From Octopus vulgaris (lineage: Eukaryota), in the NCBI GenBank assembly GCA_951406725.2, contig OX597821.1, forward strand, positions 49,600,001 to 49,664,000: DNA of 64,000 bases. Reading direction: 5' to 3'. A program made the translations under genes and the position numbers. The notes beneath the pieces were generated by a model that ran no database searches, was not told the DNA's origin, and saw nothing but the letters and a program-made list of their open reading frames with translations. Positions 25,607 through 38,130 of this stretch are shown here, one piece after another. Position 1 is the first letter of the stretch. The number at the start of each line of letters is the position of its first letter.

Positions 25607-26429
25607 CCACTCATTTACAGCTAAGAACTTTATAGCGGCAACCACTAGACAGAACACACCCAAAGGAAAACCTACATGTTGGCTTCCTCACTAAAACAGT
25701 TGTATCAGATTTTAATGTAAAAAGAAAAGGAAAAAAATTGTTGGGTGTGCACACATACATACTGATACACATCGCAATTTTTTCACAATTCAACTTACTT
25801 TTTGTAGATATATGTGTAATGTCTATCTGTCTGCATGCATGAATGTGCATCCTCACATAATTATATGGAGTCCAGGAAAAAAGTCACCATTTTTTCATGA
25901 TCTCAATTTACTTAAGAAATTGAATAAAAAACTTTTTCCTATATATATAAAAATTGTGTATCAGTCATGTATTATCAGTTAATAACTGATTTAATATATA
26001 TTTTTTGTTTTATTATTTCAATTGCTTATAGTAATGAAATAAAATGTGACTTTGCTTTGAGAGTCTTTTTCCAGCTACCGAATTAATGCTAAATTTTTAT
26101 TGTTTTTTCTAGTGACCAATGAAGATTCATTTTGAATGAAATATAAGCCAAAGAAGTGTTTAGTCGTAGTGTAACATGACTGAATACACCTGTGATTGAT
26201 TAAAGCTCTTTTAGTTGTGACTATCCTATATATTTATATCCAGAACTATGTTAACACATGTATCCTTCCTTTTTTATGATGATGGATTTTTGGTGGGGAG
26301 GGATTGCTTACTATAGAGGTATGTGATTTTTATTTTGCTGGGTGATGTATTTGGATTTAGCATGGGTTGGATGCGTAGATGTTTTAAATTTTGCAAGGGA
26401 CCTTTCACCCATATTACTGGTGTTTATAA

Positions 26430-29005
26430 CCCATTAGTGCCCAAATTTTTTTTTCTTTAATTTATTACCAAAAATCCTTTTTTCATACAACTTTGATTCT
26501 AAATATACATAAAAAATATTATCACAATATTCTAAGAAGAAAATACATTTTTAGTTTGGTCCTTTTTTTTAGGACCATGGGAATATGGGGTACTTTTGTT
26601 CAAAAAACAGGATTTTTAAAATAGAATACTTGATTTCAAAAAGGAAAATATAAATAAAAAAGTACTTTTATTTATCTATTAATTCAAATGAAATGCATAT
26701 TACTTGAAAAAAAAAGAATAAAAAGTAATTTTTTTCTGAACAATCTAAATACAGATTACTTCAAATGCCATTTGTTGAAATATTCACCTATATGAAGACT
26801 AACATCACGTTTTACACATTGTTTTGAAACTCTTTTTTTTTTGCAAAAGGCACGTTTTCTTTGTTTCCTTCCCTCTATCAAGAATATGTCCAGTAGTAGA
26901 AAATCTAATTTCTGGTATTACTTTTGAAGAAAATACCTTTGGTCATCCTGAATTTTTGGGATCAGAATCTGAGGCTAACTCCAAATAAGCTTGTGTAACT
27001 GACCTCTTGAAATCTAGTAATATCAAAGTATTTCCATTCACAAAACAATATGCAATCCAGGAATTAACCATTATAGTATCGAGGAAATTTGTGAATAGAC
27101 TAAAGTACCACTTCTTAGATGTAACAGTGATGCGATACATTCGGATAAGTCATATATTTGTTATATTCGGATATGAGAAATGGCTGAGGAACAAATATTT
27201 CCTTTCTATGACTGGTTGACCATCTCTTAGCTTTCCCAATAGGGGTGGCAGACTGATGATTGCTTGCAATTGTGAAAACACTGTTGTCATGTCATTTAAA
27301 AAAAAAAGAGTTCTTACTTTTCTTCAAATTTGTAGTCATATGAGCCACAATTTTCCTTTTTCATAGACCTGTCATCCTTCAGGGTACATCTGGATGTTCT
27401 ATTTGAATGCACTGTACTCGTGATTCTGATTCCTAAGGACTTCATTTGTACAAATAAGGTTAGAACTTGAGAAAAAGTTATCAACATAAATTTCATGATC
27501 ATTGGGGTTAACCACTCTTGAACCTAGACTGTCATCGTTCTTGGTATTGGAAGTAAGATTTTTTTGCTTTCCTTGATATAAATCCATTCAAAAACAATAG
27601 CTACAACATTCGAAAACAGCAGTGGCACAACAAAGTATCCATTGCTTGGAAGCAAATATTAATGGCTTACCTCTTATAAATTGTTTTAGGGAGCTTCTTC
27701 CATAGTATCCTACTATCTGTTCATCTACAGACAGTCTCTTAGAGAATATTCCAAACTGCTTGAACTTCTGATTCAGAGCAATCAGCTAGCAGTCTAATTT
27801 TGAATCCTTTATCATCTTTGTTGTTTTCTGCATTTTCATTGTGAACGAAATGAAGAAACCTTTTGATGCTTAGAAATTTGTTTTTTGGCATTATTTTTTT
27901 GAATAATCAGAGTTTCAAGGTTTTCAGACACACTCCAATAATGCTGTTCACTTGGTAGTCTGTGGTATCCTGGAAAAAGTAGGATTCCAATGAAATTTCT
28001 CTGACAGCTTGTTGACAGACTAAAATCATGTACATTTTTCTGTGTGGGTTAAGTGCCAGATTCTCTGCAAATTTCATTTAGTAAATCTTTATCACGGAAA
28101 AGTTCAAAAATCTCAACTGGTCTCTCACCAAGTACTTTATCTTTCATTGATTTCATTCTTTCATCTGCTCCATCAGTTGTTGGTGATGCAAATTTTGAAA
28201 ATTTAGGCACAGTCTTCTTCTAAGAGAAATCTGAAGTTTTTTTTTTTTTCTTCCTTTTGGTTGTGTTCTTCATTATCATACCAATGAAGTTCAACCCTTC
28301 CTGGCACATCCTGCAAGATAAAAGTCGGAGCTCTGTTCTCATCATATAAAATCTCAATATCAAAGTCTTTTTCATCAGTTCATTTACTGGTGGAGGAATT
28401 TCAACAATATCACTAGGAGGCTCATTTTCTTCTGCATAATTTATTGCATCTTGAACTGAATAGAATGACTTGACTGAATGGTAGAAAGCCATGGGAGAGT
28501 ATCTGAAAATAAGAATAACAAATGAAAAATATACATTTTTCACAGCTGTCTATACATAGAAAATGTTCTCAGCATAAAAAAGTTTGCCCCTGCAAACCAT
28601 TTTCTCTTTTATGCAACATCCATAGAAAATGGAAAAAATGGAGGTCTAGTGACCATGGTCCTTATATTAGGACCAAACTTTTAGAGCATGCTATATTTGA
28701 GCAAAATTACTTTCAAAGATTTTCTTGACTTTATAGAACAGTTAGGACAATTATTTATACTATATATAAATATGGGTTGGACATAAGTACTACTTACCGA
28801 AAAATTTTTGATTGAATAACAGATGAAACTGAGTGTATCCTTTCCCTCAAAATTTTCACACTGTACATCAGACAGTAGGTGTAATGTTTGAAAGACACAC
28901 CAGTCTTGATGATTAACTAAAGATATCTCAGAAAAATACAGGTGTTGCAGAAGTATGATGGATTATCCTTCTAGTCCTAAAAAAAAGACCGAGTTAAAGT
29001 AAGGG
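26430..29005 (-). mobile_element. Decayed piggyBac (PGBD2/3-like) transposon
   Basis: Minus-strand frames MAFYHSVK...IVEIPPPVNEL (ATG 28492), MDLYQGK, IYVDNFFSS, YRITVTSKKWYFSLF...VNSWI, and a C-terminal Cys-rich remnant near 26760-26900. Subterminal inverted motif ccatggtcct...aggaccaaact at 26552 and 28653. Ends approximate. Confidence 0.85.
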
Positions 29006-29269
29006 AAAAATTATCAACAATACTGCCAACTCTGAGTTTGGCTAATTTGTAATCATTTATAGTAATTATCTCAGGTGAGCATTAATATATGGGAATAACA
29101 TATTGTAATGTACATGTTTAAGGTACATATTTATGTAGAGCAACTTGGTGTTCTATCAACGTCCTGATAAAATATTTTGTCACTAAGCAGACAGGTAAAT
29201 AAGCCAAGAACTTCTCTCGTCATTCTTGACTTTTCATTTGGCTTTTATTATTTTGATTGGTTAATATAT

Positions 29270-29670
29270 AGTTTAACTCTGGGCACCAAAAAAAAAACTG
29301 TCTAATAAGTTTAAAATAATGTGTAGAAAATGAATATGAAAACAAAAATTTACGTGGAGGTGGGGAGAGGACTTTTGGGAAATTCACACAATCCGATTTT
29401 TCCCTCATAACTTTCAGGAAAATGGATATATATACCGTTCAAACAGCATAGATTTTGATTATAAAATGGTAAAAAAAATTACTGAAATTTCTGGGGGAAA
29501 ATGTTTTCCAAAGGGGTGAGAAGAGGATTTCAGAAAATTCATACGATCCGATTTTTTCCCTTAATATGAGGGAAAAAAATGGATGTGTTCTGATGAAATT
29601 TTACTGAAACATCTTTCAAATGGCATAGATCACAATTATAAGGAAATTTGTGTGGGGGAAAATATATACA
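29270..29670. repeat. Unclassified interspersed repeat with about 130-bp internal units (gatccgattttttccctcataactttcaggaaaatggata)
   Basis: Homologous to 33940-34362, 58383-59285 and 59863-60330. Confidence 0.75.
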
Positions 29671-29699
29671 TATGATGGCCGTCCACTTGTGACCAAGGA

Positions 29700-32330
29700 A
29701 GACCTTTGCTGACCTTTAGGAACATTGTATGCTCTAGGACTAACTTATATTTTGCATTTGTGGCTCTATTGGTGGTTAATGAGCCCTGCTCTTGACAGGC
29801 ATGCAAGACTGCAAGCATTGCAAACCAAGCTTTCCCTATTCACTACTCTAGCAGTACACTTTTGAGCAGCATGCTTAAATTCTTCATGAAGAATACATGC
29901 TATTTCAAAGGTGTCAACCCCCTCCTTAACCTGCTTCCTCCATCTGTGGCAATAACAGGCATTGTTCTCCCAGTCAGTCTTCAGCATATCACAAGCCTCT
30001 AATGAGGACTTGACACAGTCCTTAAATCACAGCCTTGGTTTCTACCAGGGTCTCTTTCCACTAACAAATTCCCCATATAGCATCTGTTTAGGGATCCTGC
30101 TATCCTTCATTCTAATAAGGTGTCCAGTCCAACGTAACTGGTGCTTGTGCACCATTGCCTCAATACTCAAGATATCAGCTTTTCTTAGGACTTGTATGTC
30201 TGGAGTTTTTAAGGTCCAGCCAACATTCAGAATGTGTCTCAGACATCTCTGATGAAAGCGTTCAAGGACCTTTATATGACATTTGTAAAGAGTTCATGTC
30301 TCCCATGAGTAAAGGGGTGATGTCAGTACACATGCACAGTACACAGCAATTTTTGTTTGCCTTGTGATACCATGCTGGGACCAGATGCGAGACTGAAGAG
30401 ACCAGTAGGAATCAGTTGCTCTCTGCAGCCTGAAAGATATTTCATCATCCAGGGATCAAGAACGACTGAGTGTGCTGCCCAGGTAGACAAACTTGTCTAC
30501 CACTTTCAGTATTGTTCCTTCAACCAAGATAGCTGGTTCCACTTATGGATTTTCTGGTGCAGGCTGGAATATTACAACAGTCTTTTCCAGGTTAATTCTG
30601 AGTCCAAATGATTTGCAAGAAGCAGAAATATGATTCATAAGTATTTGCATGTCATCCACTGTATTAGGAACTATAAGTCACAGACATCTGCATAAAGGAG
30701 GTCACAAATAAGAGACTGGAAAACTTTTGAATTGGCAGCAAATCGGTGCAGATTAAAGAGGCAGCTAGAAGATCAATACCGGACATATATTCCCAAAGAG
30801 CTAACCTTAGCAAAAGCATGAGTAAAAGCAGCAGCAAAGTACAAAGAAAAAAGTGTTGGGGCAAGGATGTCACCCTGCTTGATACCATTCTCTACAGGAA
30901 TGGGTCCTGCCATGCCACCACCAACATTGACCCAAGCCTCATTCCCATCATGAATTATAGATACAAAGTGACCCAGACATCCAAGTTTGCCAAATATTTT
31001 CTATAGCAAGGTCCTATTTACAGTATCAAAGATTAAATCAATGAATACTTGGACAAGATCCATATTCTGCTCATAGCACTTCTCCGGCATCTGTTTTGTT
31101 GTGAAAATCATATCCATTGTCCCTCTACCAGATTGGAAACCACATTGAGATTCAAATAGGACATCATTTACAAGACACCCATTCAGGCGGGTAAGAAGAA
31201 TATTTGCCAGGACCTTGTCAACAGTTGATAGTAGAGCAATACCTCTAGTTACCACACATTATTCTGGCTCCTTTTCCTCTATAGAGAGGAAGAATAATTG
31301 CATCCTTCCAGTCCTTGGGCATTGCACCATCCCTCCAGTCTACACTATGTTCATGAAGGGACTGTAATCACTGCCAAATCGCAAGACCTCAGCATAAATT
31401 CCATCCCTTCCAGGTGCTCTACCAAGATTCAGTTTACATTTGCTCTCATTACCTCATCTATTAAAGGCATGGAATTTAAGGAGCCAATGATAAGTTGCAT
31501 AGTATTAATCACTGTTTCATCCACAACTGACTCATGGTTTAGGAGTTCAGAGGAGTGTTCAATCCAGCAACCTGTGATTTCTTTTGATTTAGCAAATAGA
31601 GTAGAAGACTCCTTTGAAAGCAAAGGAACTGATGCAGAGCTCTTAGACCCATAAACTTGCTTCATAAGATGGTAAAGCTTCTTGCTGTCATTTGCATCAG
31701 CAACAGCCTGAATATCACGAGCAAGGTCCTCCCACCAAGTGTTGCTGCAGGAGTGATTTTACACTGCTATAGTGGGCAAGTGTTAGATTTCTCTGCGCAG
31801 CTGAAAGTCCTCTGTGCAGCAATACATTGTGGGCTTGGCACTTTACAACCAATAGTTGCCATCATTTTCATCAGATCAGTCTCTGTATCTGGCAGTAATA
31901 TATCCCAGTGTTTCAGTAGCACATTGAAGAACCTGGTCTCAAAAATCTTTCCATACTGTAGTATTTTCAATGCTGGACAAACAAGTCTGAAGTGCTTTCC
32001 TCAACATAGCATCATATATCTTGTGGACATTCAGACACCAAGGAATGCCAACTGACCCACTTCTCTCTTTCACTCTAATCATCATCTGGAACATTACTCA
32101 CGCTAAACTGACCAGATAAAGAAAGACAGGCAATTTTTGGTTCACCTTTTCTAGAACCTCCCCGGCCTTTGGGTGAGCAGTGCCCTCTCCAAATGGAGCT
32201 GTTCAGACACCCATGTAGCAACTGAATCTTACTGCTGTCTTGGGTGACAAGGAGACGACGTTATATCCAGCACGGACCAGCTACATCCAGGTCGCTGACT
32301 ACATGCTTCCAAGCCTTCTTGTCTGCATGC
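29700..32330 (-). mobile_element. Decayed RTE (BovB-like) LINE
   Basis: RGIALLSTVDKVLANILLTRL...ESQCGFQSGRGTMDMIFT; WIEHSSELLN. Confidence 0.85.
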
Positions 32331-32631
32331 TTTGCCATCATCCCATTACCGCAGGACTTCCAAATAAAAATGAAATAAATATATACTAAAAATAAAGATA
32401 TATACTGAGAATAAGATAAATATATATATAAGGAAGAAAAAAGCAGCACATATCAAGCAGAGGTCAGCAATGCCTGTGCAGAGTTTTAGGTCCAATAAGA
32501 CTTTCATGACACCTCATAGACCCTCCCCACCCTATTGACATTATCCAGAGACAAGCCAGAGTGAGATGTCTGGGGCCAGTATACACATGTATGTATATAT
32601 GCATATATTTATATATTATTTATATTATATG

Positions 32632-33909
32632 CAGGGTGGGGAAGCAAAATTTACAATGGACGTTAAGTTGTTTTTTCTCAGCAGGCACTAAGTCAATTGT
32701 TTTGAAACCTAACATATATGGGTGTCATAATCATACCTAACACTATTATCATTACCTTTTCAGAAACTTTTGCCCATATGAGTAATCAAAAAAGCAAAAG
32801 TCAAAGATTGTGTGATTTTCTGAATGCACTCATCACATCAAATGAGATTTCAAGAATAGTTGGAGTGTCCATAAAGACTGTTTATAATGTAAAGAATAGA
32901 ATGACTATGAGCAAAACTATTATGAGGAAGTCTGGAAGTGGAAGAATCAACAAAAAATGTATCAAAGCTTTTATTAAAGCTCTCAAATCCCAAATCCTAA
33001 AGGATTCAACCAAATCCATGAGAAAAATGGCAATTGAACTTGAGGTAGACAACAAGACAATTAGAAATGCAATAAAATATGATTTGAGGTTATAATCTTA
33101 CACAAGAACACCAAAACGCTTGTTGACAACAGCTATGAAGGAAAAGAGATTGGAAAGGTGCAAGAAAATTATTACATGGTTCAAGAAAAAGTCCTCCATT
33201 GTAACGATCTTTTCATCTGAAAAGATCTTCACTGTCGATGCTGTTCTGAACCGCAGAAATGACAGGTTTATCGCAAAATCGACAGCTGAAGTTAAGGGGA
33301 CATTCAAAACAAAACATCCTGCTCAAGTTATGGCTTTTGGTGTTGTGGCTTCCGATGGAAAGAAAATGCTTATAAAATTCTACAAAGCTGATGAAAAGAT
33401 CAATGTTAATATTTACTACAAGACTCTGAGATACCAGGTATTGCCATGGCTTAAAGCAAACTACCCAGATGGCAATTATGTATGGACACAGGATGGTGCT
33501 TCAGCCCACATAGCTTGAAAAATACAAGATTTCTGCAAATCCAACTTTAGCAATTTTTTGGAATCATGTTTATGGCTGCCTTCTAGCCCTCTGGATTTTG
33601 CTATTTGGGGCGTTTTAGAACATGCTACCAATAGAACATCACACAGCAATGTCGACTCTCTTAAAGATACTTTTAAAGAAGAATGGGAGAAGTTGTCTCC
33701 CAAATATTTGAGGAACACTCGTGCAAGTTTCAGGAAGCGTGTGAAGGCAGTTATTGAGAAAGAAGGGGGACACATAGAATAAAAACATTTTCTATTATGT
33801 AAATTTTCTTGTGGCAAATAAATTCTCATGACTTTCAATAAACTAATTGGTCATACACTGTCTTTCAATCCCTGCCTCAAAACATTGTAAATTTTGCTTC
33901 CCCACCCTG
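32632..33909 (+). mobile_element. Full-length (1278 bp) Tc1/mariner maT (DD37D) transposon, defective
   Basis: Perfect 27-bp TIRs cagggtggggaagcaaaatttacaatg. Transposase about 32778-33782 with FS(S)EKIFTVD, WTQDGASAH and PSS----PLDFAIW. Restoring the deleted PDLN gives 37 residues between D2 and D3. Stops at 33093 and 33516. Confidence 0.93.
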
Positions 33910-33939
33910 TGTATATATATATATATATATATATGTATA

Positions 33940-34362
33940 CCTGCAATTTTTTGTTTTCATATTTGTTTTCTACACATTTTTTTACACCTATTAGACTTTT
34001 CTTTTTTAGTGACTGGGGTGCTAAACTAGATCCTACGAGTTAGGGAAAATATTGGATCATGTGAATTTTCTGACAGTCTTCTCCCCACCCCTTCGGAAAA
34101 GATTTTCCCTACAGATTTCTTTATAATCATCATCTATGCCATTTGAATGGTATTTTTTTTATAGAATTTCATTAACAGATATCCATTTTCCTGAAAGTTA
34201 TGAGGGAAAAATCAGATTGTGTGAATTTTCCGAAAGCCATCTCCCCATCCACCCTTTCATTTGTGCAAATTTTTATTTTCGTATTCATTTTCTACACATT
34301 TTTTCTTACCCCTATTAGACTGGATGTTTTTTGTTTTGGTGACCTGGAGTTAAACTAAATAT
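33940..34362. repeat. Unclassified interspersed repeat (29270 family, opposite orientation)
   Basis: atatccattttcctgaaagttatgagggaaaaatcagattgtgtgaattttc...ggtgacctggagttaaac. Confidence 0.75.
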
Positions 34363-34866
34363 TAACCTTTTGGTTATCAGCTTTGTTACACATTCTACTA
34401 TAGACAGTAAACAAACCCGATATATTATGATTACACTTGCACATACATATGTACACACACACATGCTTCACATTTTCTTAACCCAACCTCAGTCTTATGC
34501 CATTCTATCTTTTCTTACTTTACAGCTGTGCTAGCAGTGAACCATTACAACTTGTTATAGAAGACTGTTTCCACCAGAAAGTTGGTTACCAGTTATTTAT
34601 GGATTCTCTATGTTTTAGCCTGTATAACATACATTAACCATATCTGCATTTATTAACATAGAAATAGAAGTGTTTTTGCCTACAGTATGTGTGCCACTGG
34701 GAGAGGATCCAGTTAGTAACAAATATTTTAGTGGTAAGTAAACAGTACATTATATATTTCCCTCGCGCATAAACATAGGACCATGGTATCCAAAGCGAGA
34801 AACTGAACCACAATATATTATAGTTGCAGACATTTCTCAGTTTCTAAGAATTCTTCAAGAATTAAT

Positions 34867-36624
34867 ATGGAGGAAATTAGTGAGTTGGACACTTCTAACA
34901 TAACTGTTTTTAACAATGTAGACTCAATTACACAGACAATCAGTGGTGAGAAACCTTTAGCAAGTGAAACATTTAACGAAAAGACATCAGTAAATAGAAA
35001 TATTTCTGAATATTGCTGTGAGATTTGTAAGAAAACATTCTCTTCAGAACATGAAGTGTTCAGTCATAAAGAAATACACAATAAGGAAAAGCCGTATCAT
35101 TGTGAAGCTTGTGGCAAGTCTTTTGCATATAACAGCAATTTAATAAGTCACAGAAGAATGCATACTGGAGAAAAACCTTATCAGTGTGATGTGTGTGGGA
35201 AATATTTTGTATCTAAGAGTAATTTAACAAGTCACAAACGGATCCACAGTGGAGAGAAACCGTTCAAGTGTGAAGTGTGTGGGAAATCTTTTGTGAATAA
35301 AAGTGATTTAAACAGGCACAAACGAATCCACAGTGGAGAGAAACCGTGTCGTTGTGAAATCTGTGGAAAGTCTTTTATCACAAACAGTAAGTTAACGGCA
35401 CACATCAGAGTACACACTGGAGAAAAATTGTTTCACTGTGAAATATGTGGGAAATTTTTCACTCAAAATTCGAATCTTGTCATCCACAAGCGTAGGCACA
35501 CGGGAGAAAAACCCTTCCATTGTGAAATATGTCGGAAATCATTTATCACTAATGGTCTCTTAAAAACACATAAACAAATACACAGTGGAAAAAACCCATT
35601 TCACTGTGGAATATGTGGGAAATCTTTTGTTGATAATAATTATTTAACAAGTCACAAAAGAATACACTCTGGAGAAAAACCATTCCATTGTGAAATCTGT
35701 GGGAAATCCTTCTGTGTTAATTCTGGTCTTATTGTTCACAAGAGAATTCACACTGGAGAAAAACCCTATCACTGTGAAATCTGTGGCAAATCTTTCATTG
35801 AGAATTCTAAGCTTACAATCCATATACGTAGACATACTGGAGAAAAACCTTTCCACTGTGAAATTTGTGAGGAATCCTTTGTCTCTAATTCTAAGCTTAC
35901 AGTTCACCAACGTATACACACTGGGGAACAACCATACTGCTGTGAAATATGTGCGAAATCTTTTGTGAATAATAGTGATTTAAACAGACATAGAAGAATT
36001 CACAGTGGAGAGAAACCATTCCACTGTGAAATCTGTGGGAAATCTTTCATTAATAATTCTCATCTTGTTATCCACAAACGTAGTCACACTGGAGAGAAAC
36101 CTTATCAGTGTGAAATATGCGGGAAATCTTTTGTTGATAATAGTTACTTAACAAGTCACAAACGGATCCACAGTGGAGAGAAACCGTTCAAGTGTGAAGT
36201 GTGTGCGAAATCTTTTGTGTCTAATAGTTATTTGACAAGTCACAAAAGAACACACAGCGGAGAGAAACCGTTCAACTGTGAAATGTGCGGGAAATCATTC
36301 ATTACTAATGGACTCTTAAAAACACATAGAATGATCCACAGTGGAGAGAAACCATTCCACTGTGATGTGTGTGGAAAATCTTTTATCACTAACGGTCATT
36401 TAGCAGCACACAGAAGAATCCACACTGGAGAGAAACCATTCCAGTGTGAAATCTGTGGGAAATCCTTTGTGAATAATTCGAATCTTGTTATCCATATACG
36501 TTGTCACACTGGAGAAAAGCCATTTCGCTGTGAACTATGTGAGAAATCATTTATCTCTAACGATTATTTAAAAAGACACAAACAAAAACACATTGGAAGG
36601 AATCTTATTAACTGTGAAACTTAA
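34867..36624 (+). CDS. Poly-C2H2 zinc-finger protein, 19 tandem fingers (ZNF-A); the frame may extend into an upstream exon
   Basis: Intact 585-aa ORF with 28-aa CxxC...HxxxH units and TGEKP linkers. Candidate acceptors at 34829 and 34840. Confidence 0.95.
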   Translation: MEEISELDTSNITVFNNVDSITQTISGEKPLASETFNEKTSVNRNISEYCCEICKKTFSSEHEVFSHKEIHNKEKPYHCEACGKSFAYNSNLISHRRMHTGEKPYQCDVCGKYFVSKSNLTSHKRIHSGEKPFKCEVCGKSFVNKSDLNRHKRIHSGEKPCRCEICGKSFITNSKLTAHIRVHTGEKLFHCEICGKFFTQNSNLVIHKRRHTGEKPFHCEICRKSFITNGLLKTHKQIHSGKNPFHCGICGKSFVDNNYLTSHKRIHSGEKPFHCEICGKSFCVNSGLIVHKRIHTGEKPYHCEICGKSFIENSKLTIHIRRHTGEKPFHCEICEESFVSNSKLTVHQRIHTGEQPYCCEICAKSFVNNSDLNRHRRIHSGEKPFHCEICGKSFINNSHLVIHKRSHTGEKPYQCEICGKSFVDNSYLTSHKRIHSGEKPFKCEVCAKSFVSNSYLTSHKRTHSGEKPFNCEMCGKSFITNGLLKTHRMIHSGEKPFHCDVCGKSFITNGHLAAHRRIHTGEKPFQCEICGKSFVNNSNLVIHIRCHTGEKPFRCELCEKSFISNDYLKRHKQKHIGRNLINCET

Positions 36625-36744
36625 GAAATCATTTTCTTGCAACCCTAAACTTGTTTTACTATGTTGTATAAGGCAACATCTATCTTGAAAAATATCAGAA
36701 TTTCTTTATTTTGGTGTTTGAGTTTTGTTATCCACAAGAAAACA

Positions 36745-37403
36745 CTAACCCCTTTTCATACCAACCCTCCTTACACTCTCCCCAGTTCTCTAATACAAAC
36801 TTCGGATCTTTTCGGTTTGAACGGCAGTTTTTTCTAGTGGTGTCATATGAAATTGTCACCCATAATTATGACCCGTGTATCGATCTATTGCATTTCTATC
36901 TGTTTTAGGGTTAGTTAGGGTTAGGAGTGGGGGGAAGGGTATATTTTTTTCTTCACAAATGTAAATAAACCCAATCTGTTTCTTAAACAAGGGACATATT
37001 CATACGGCACAGAATGTTTTTTACCTCAATGGACGTAATTGATTGGTTGAAATTGCAGAAATTGAAGAAAAAGAAAACAACAAATATCTTACAAACTATA
37101 GAATTTTCTCAATAAAGCCAAGAGAAAAAGATGTCTTATAAACACATTCTACCAGTATATGAAGTTCAAAATTTTTTAGTTAACTAGAAATTATGTTAAA
37201 AACTGCTGTTCAAACCGAAAAGATCCCAAACTTCCTGATTTAAAGAGATCTATATTAAAACCTTCTATTAAAATTTCATGTTAATTTATGTTCCAAACAC
37301 CAGCTTAATAATGTCAGTCGTTTTGCTAAATTCTTCATTATTTTCAAAGTTAATTGAAACTAAGTTAGTGTATTTCAGCAGAAATACAGTAACAAAAAAT
37401 TAA
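36745..37403. mobile_element. piggyBac-type MITE hosting a nested GGATC MITE
   Basis: Degenerate (t)taaccc...ttaa-type ends: ctaacccttttcatacc ... gtaacaaaaaattaa. Confidence 0.5.
36804..37226. mobile_element. GGATCTTTTCGG MITE with a perfect 8-bp TSD (Merlin-like)
   Basis: caaacttc[ggatcttttcggtttgaacggcagttt...aactgctgttcaaaccgaaaagatcc]caaacttc. Confidence 0.92.
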
Positions 37404-37482
37404 AGTTCTATAACTAGAAAGTGTTTGTTGGATGTTATTTTATGTTATTTACCTGTGAGGAATCAATTTTTAAAAATTAATC

Positions 37483-38130
37483 ACCAGTGAAAACACTAAA
37501 ATAAAATATTGTTTCATAATATTGTCTCCATTCATAACTACAAACTTAAGGGAAGTGGCTCCTATATCTTGAAACACTTGATGTCAGAACATTTTAGTAG
37601 CTTGGTTTTAGTGATAGTGGTCATATTGATTCAGTAGAATTCTGCAGATAGATGGATGTTTTGATATTTTCAGTATTTGCTAATTTATAATAACCTCCAT
37701 TTGTGGATGCTGGTTGCATAGCAACATAATTTTTGTTTATTTGCTGCAGCTAATAAGTTCAACTCTACCAATGCCAATTATTATAAGTAAATATTGCTAA
37801 GACTGCAATATGACAGGTAAATACTAGGTTTGAGAGAGAGACTTATCTTTAAACCATATAAAAATAGCAATCCCTGATTATCCATAGTTACAAGAGTAAG
37901 TGAATTACAATGGTAGATGAGAGAAGAAAGGTTAATTTCTGTTGTAGTTTATGAGATGCTACAAGCAGCTGCTGTAGCCATTATATTGTACACCGTATCT
38001 GAAGAAGGGTCCATCTTTGTTGTAATTTAGTGAGGACCAATAACCAGCTGATGTAGTCATTTTATTATCATACACATTATCTCTTGCTTATAAATATTTT
38101 TGATAACCATAAACAACTTAGCTCATAGTA
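37483..38130 (+). repeat. Left arm of the inverted duplication: 3' flank or UTR of ZNF-A
   Basis: Reverse complement of about 54330-55275 (e.g. ctacaaacttaagggaagtggctc; ttcagtagaattctgcagatagatggatg). Confidence 0.9.

Noticed and set aside
32718-33782. Active or domesticated transposase
   Set aside because: Two in-frame stops, a lost catalytic Asp and a 12-bp deletion in the SPDLNP motif.
35232-35968. Antisense and alternate-frame ORFs over ZNF-A (and 56436-57553 over ZNF-B)
   Set aside because: Expected shadows of the 84-bp finger periodicity.
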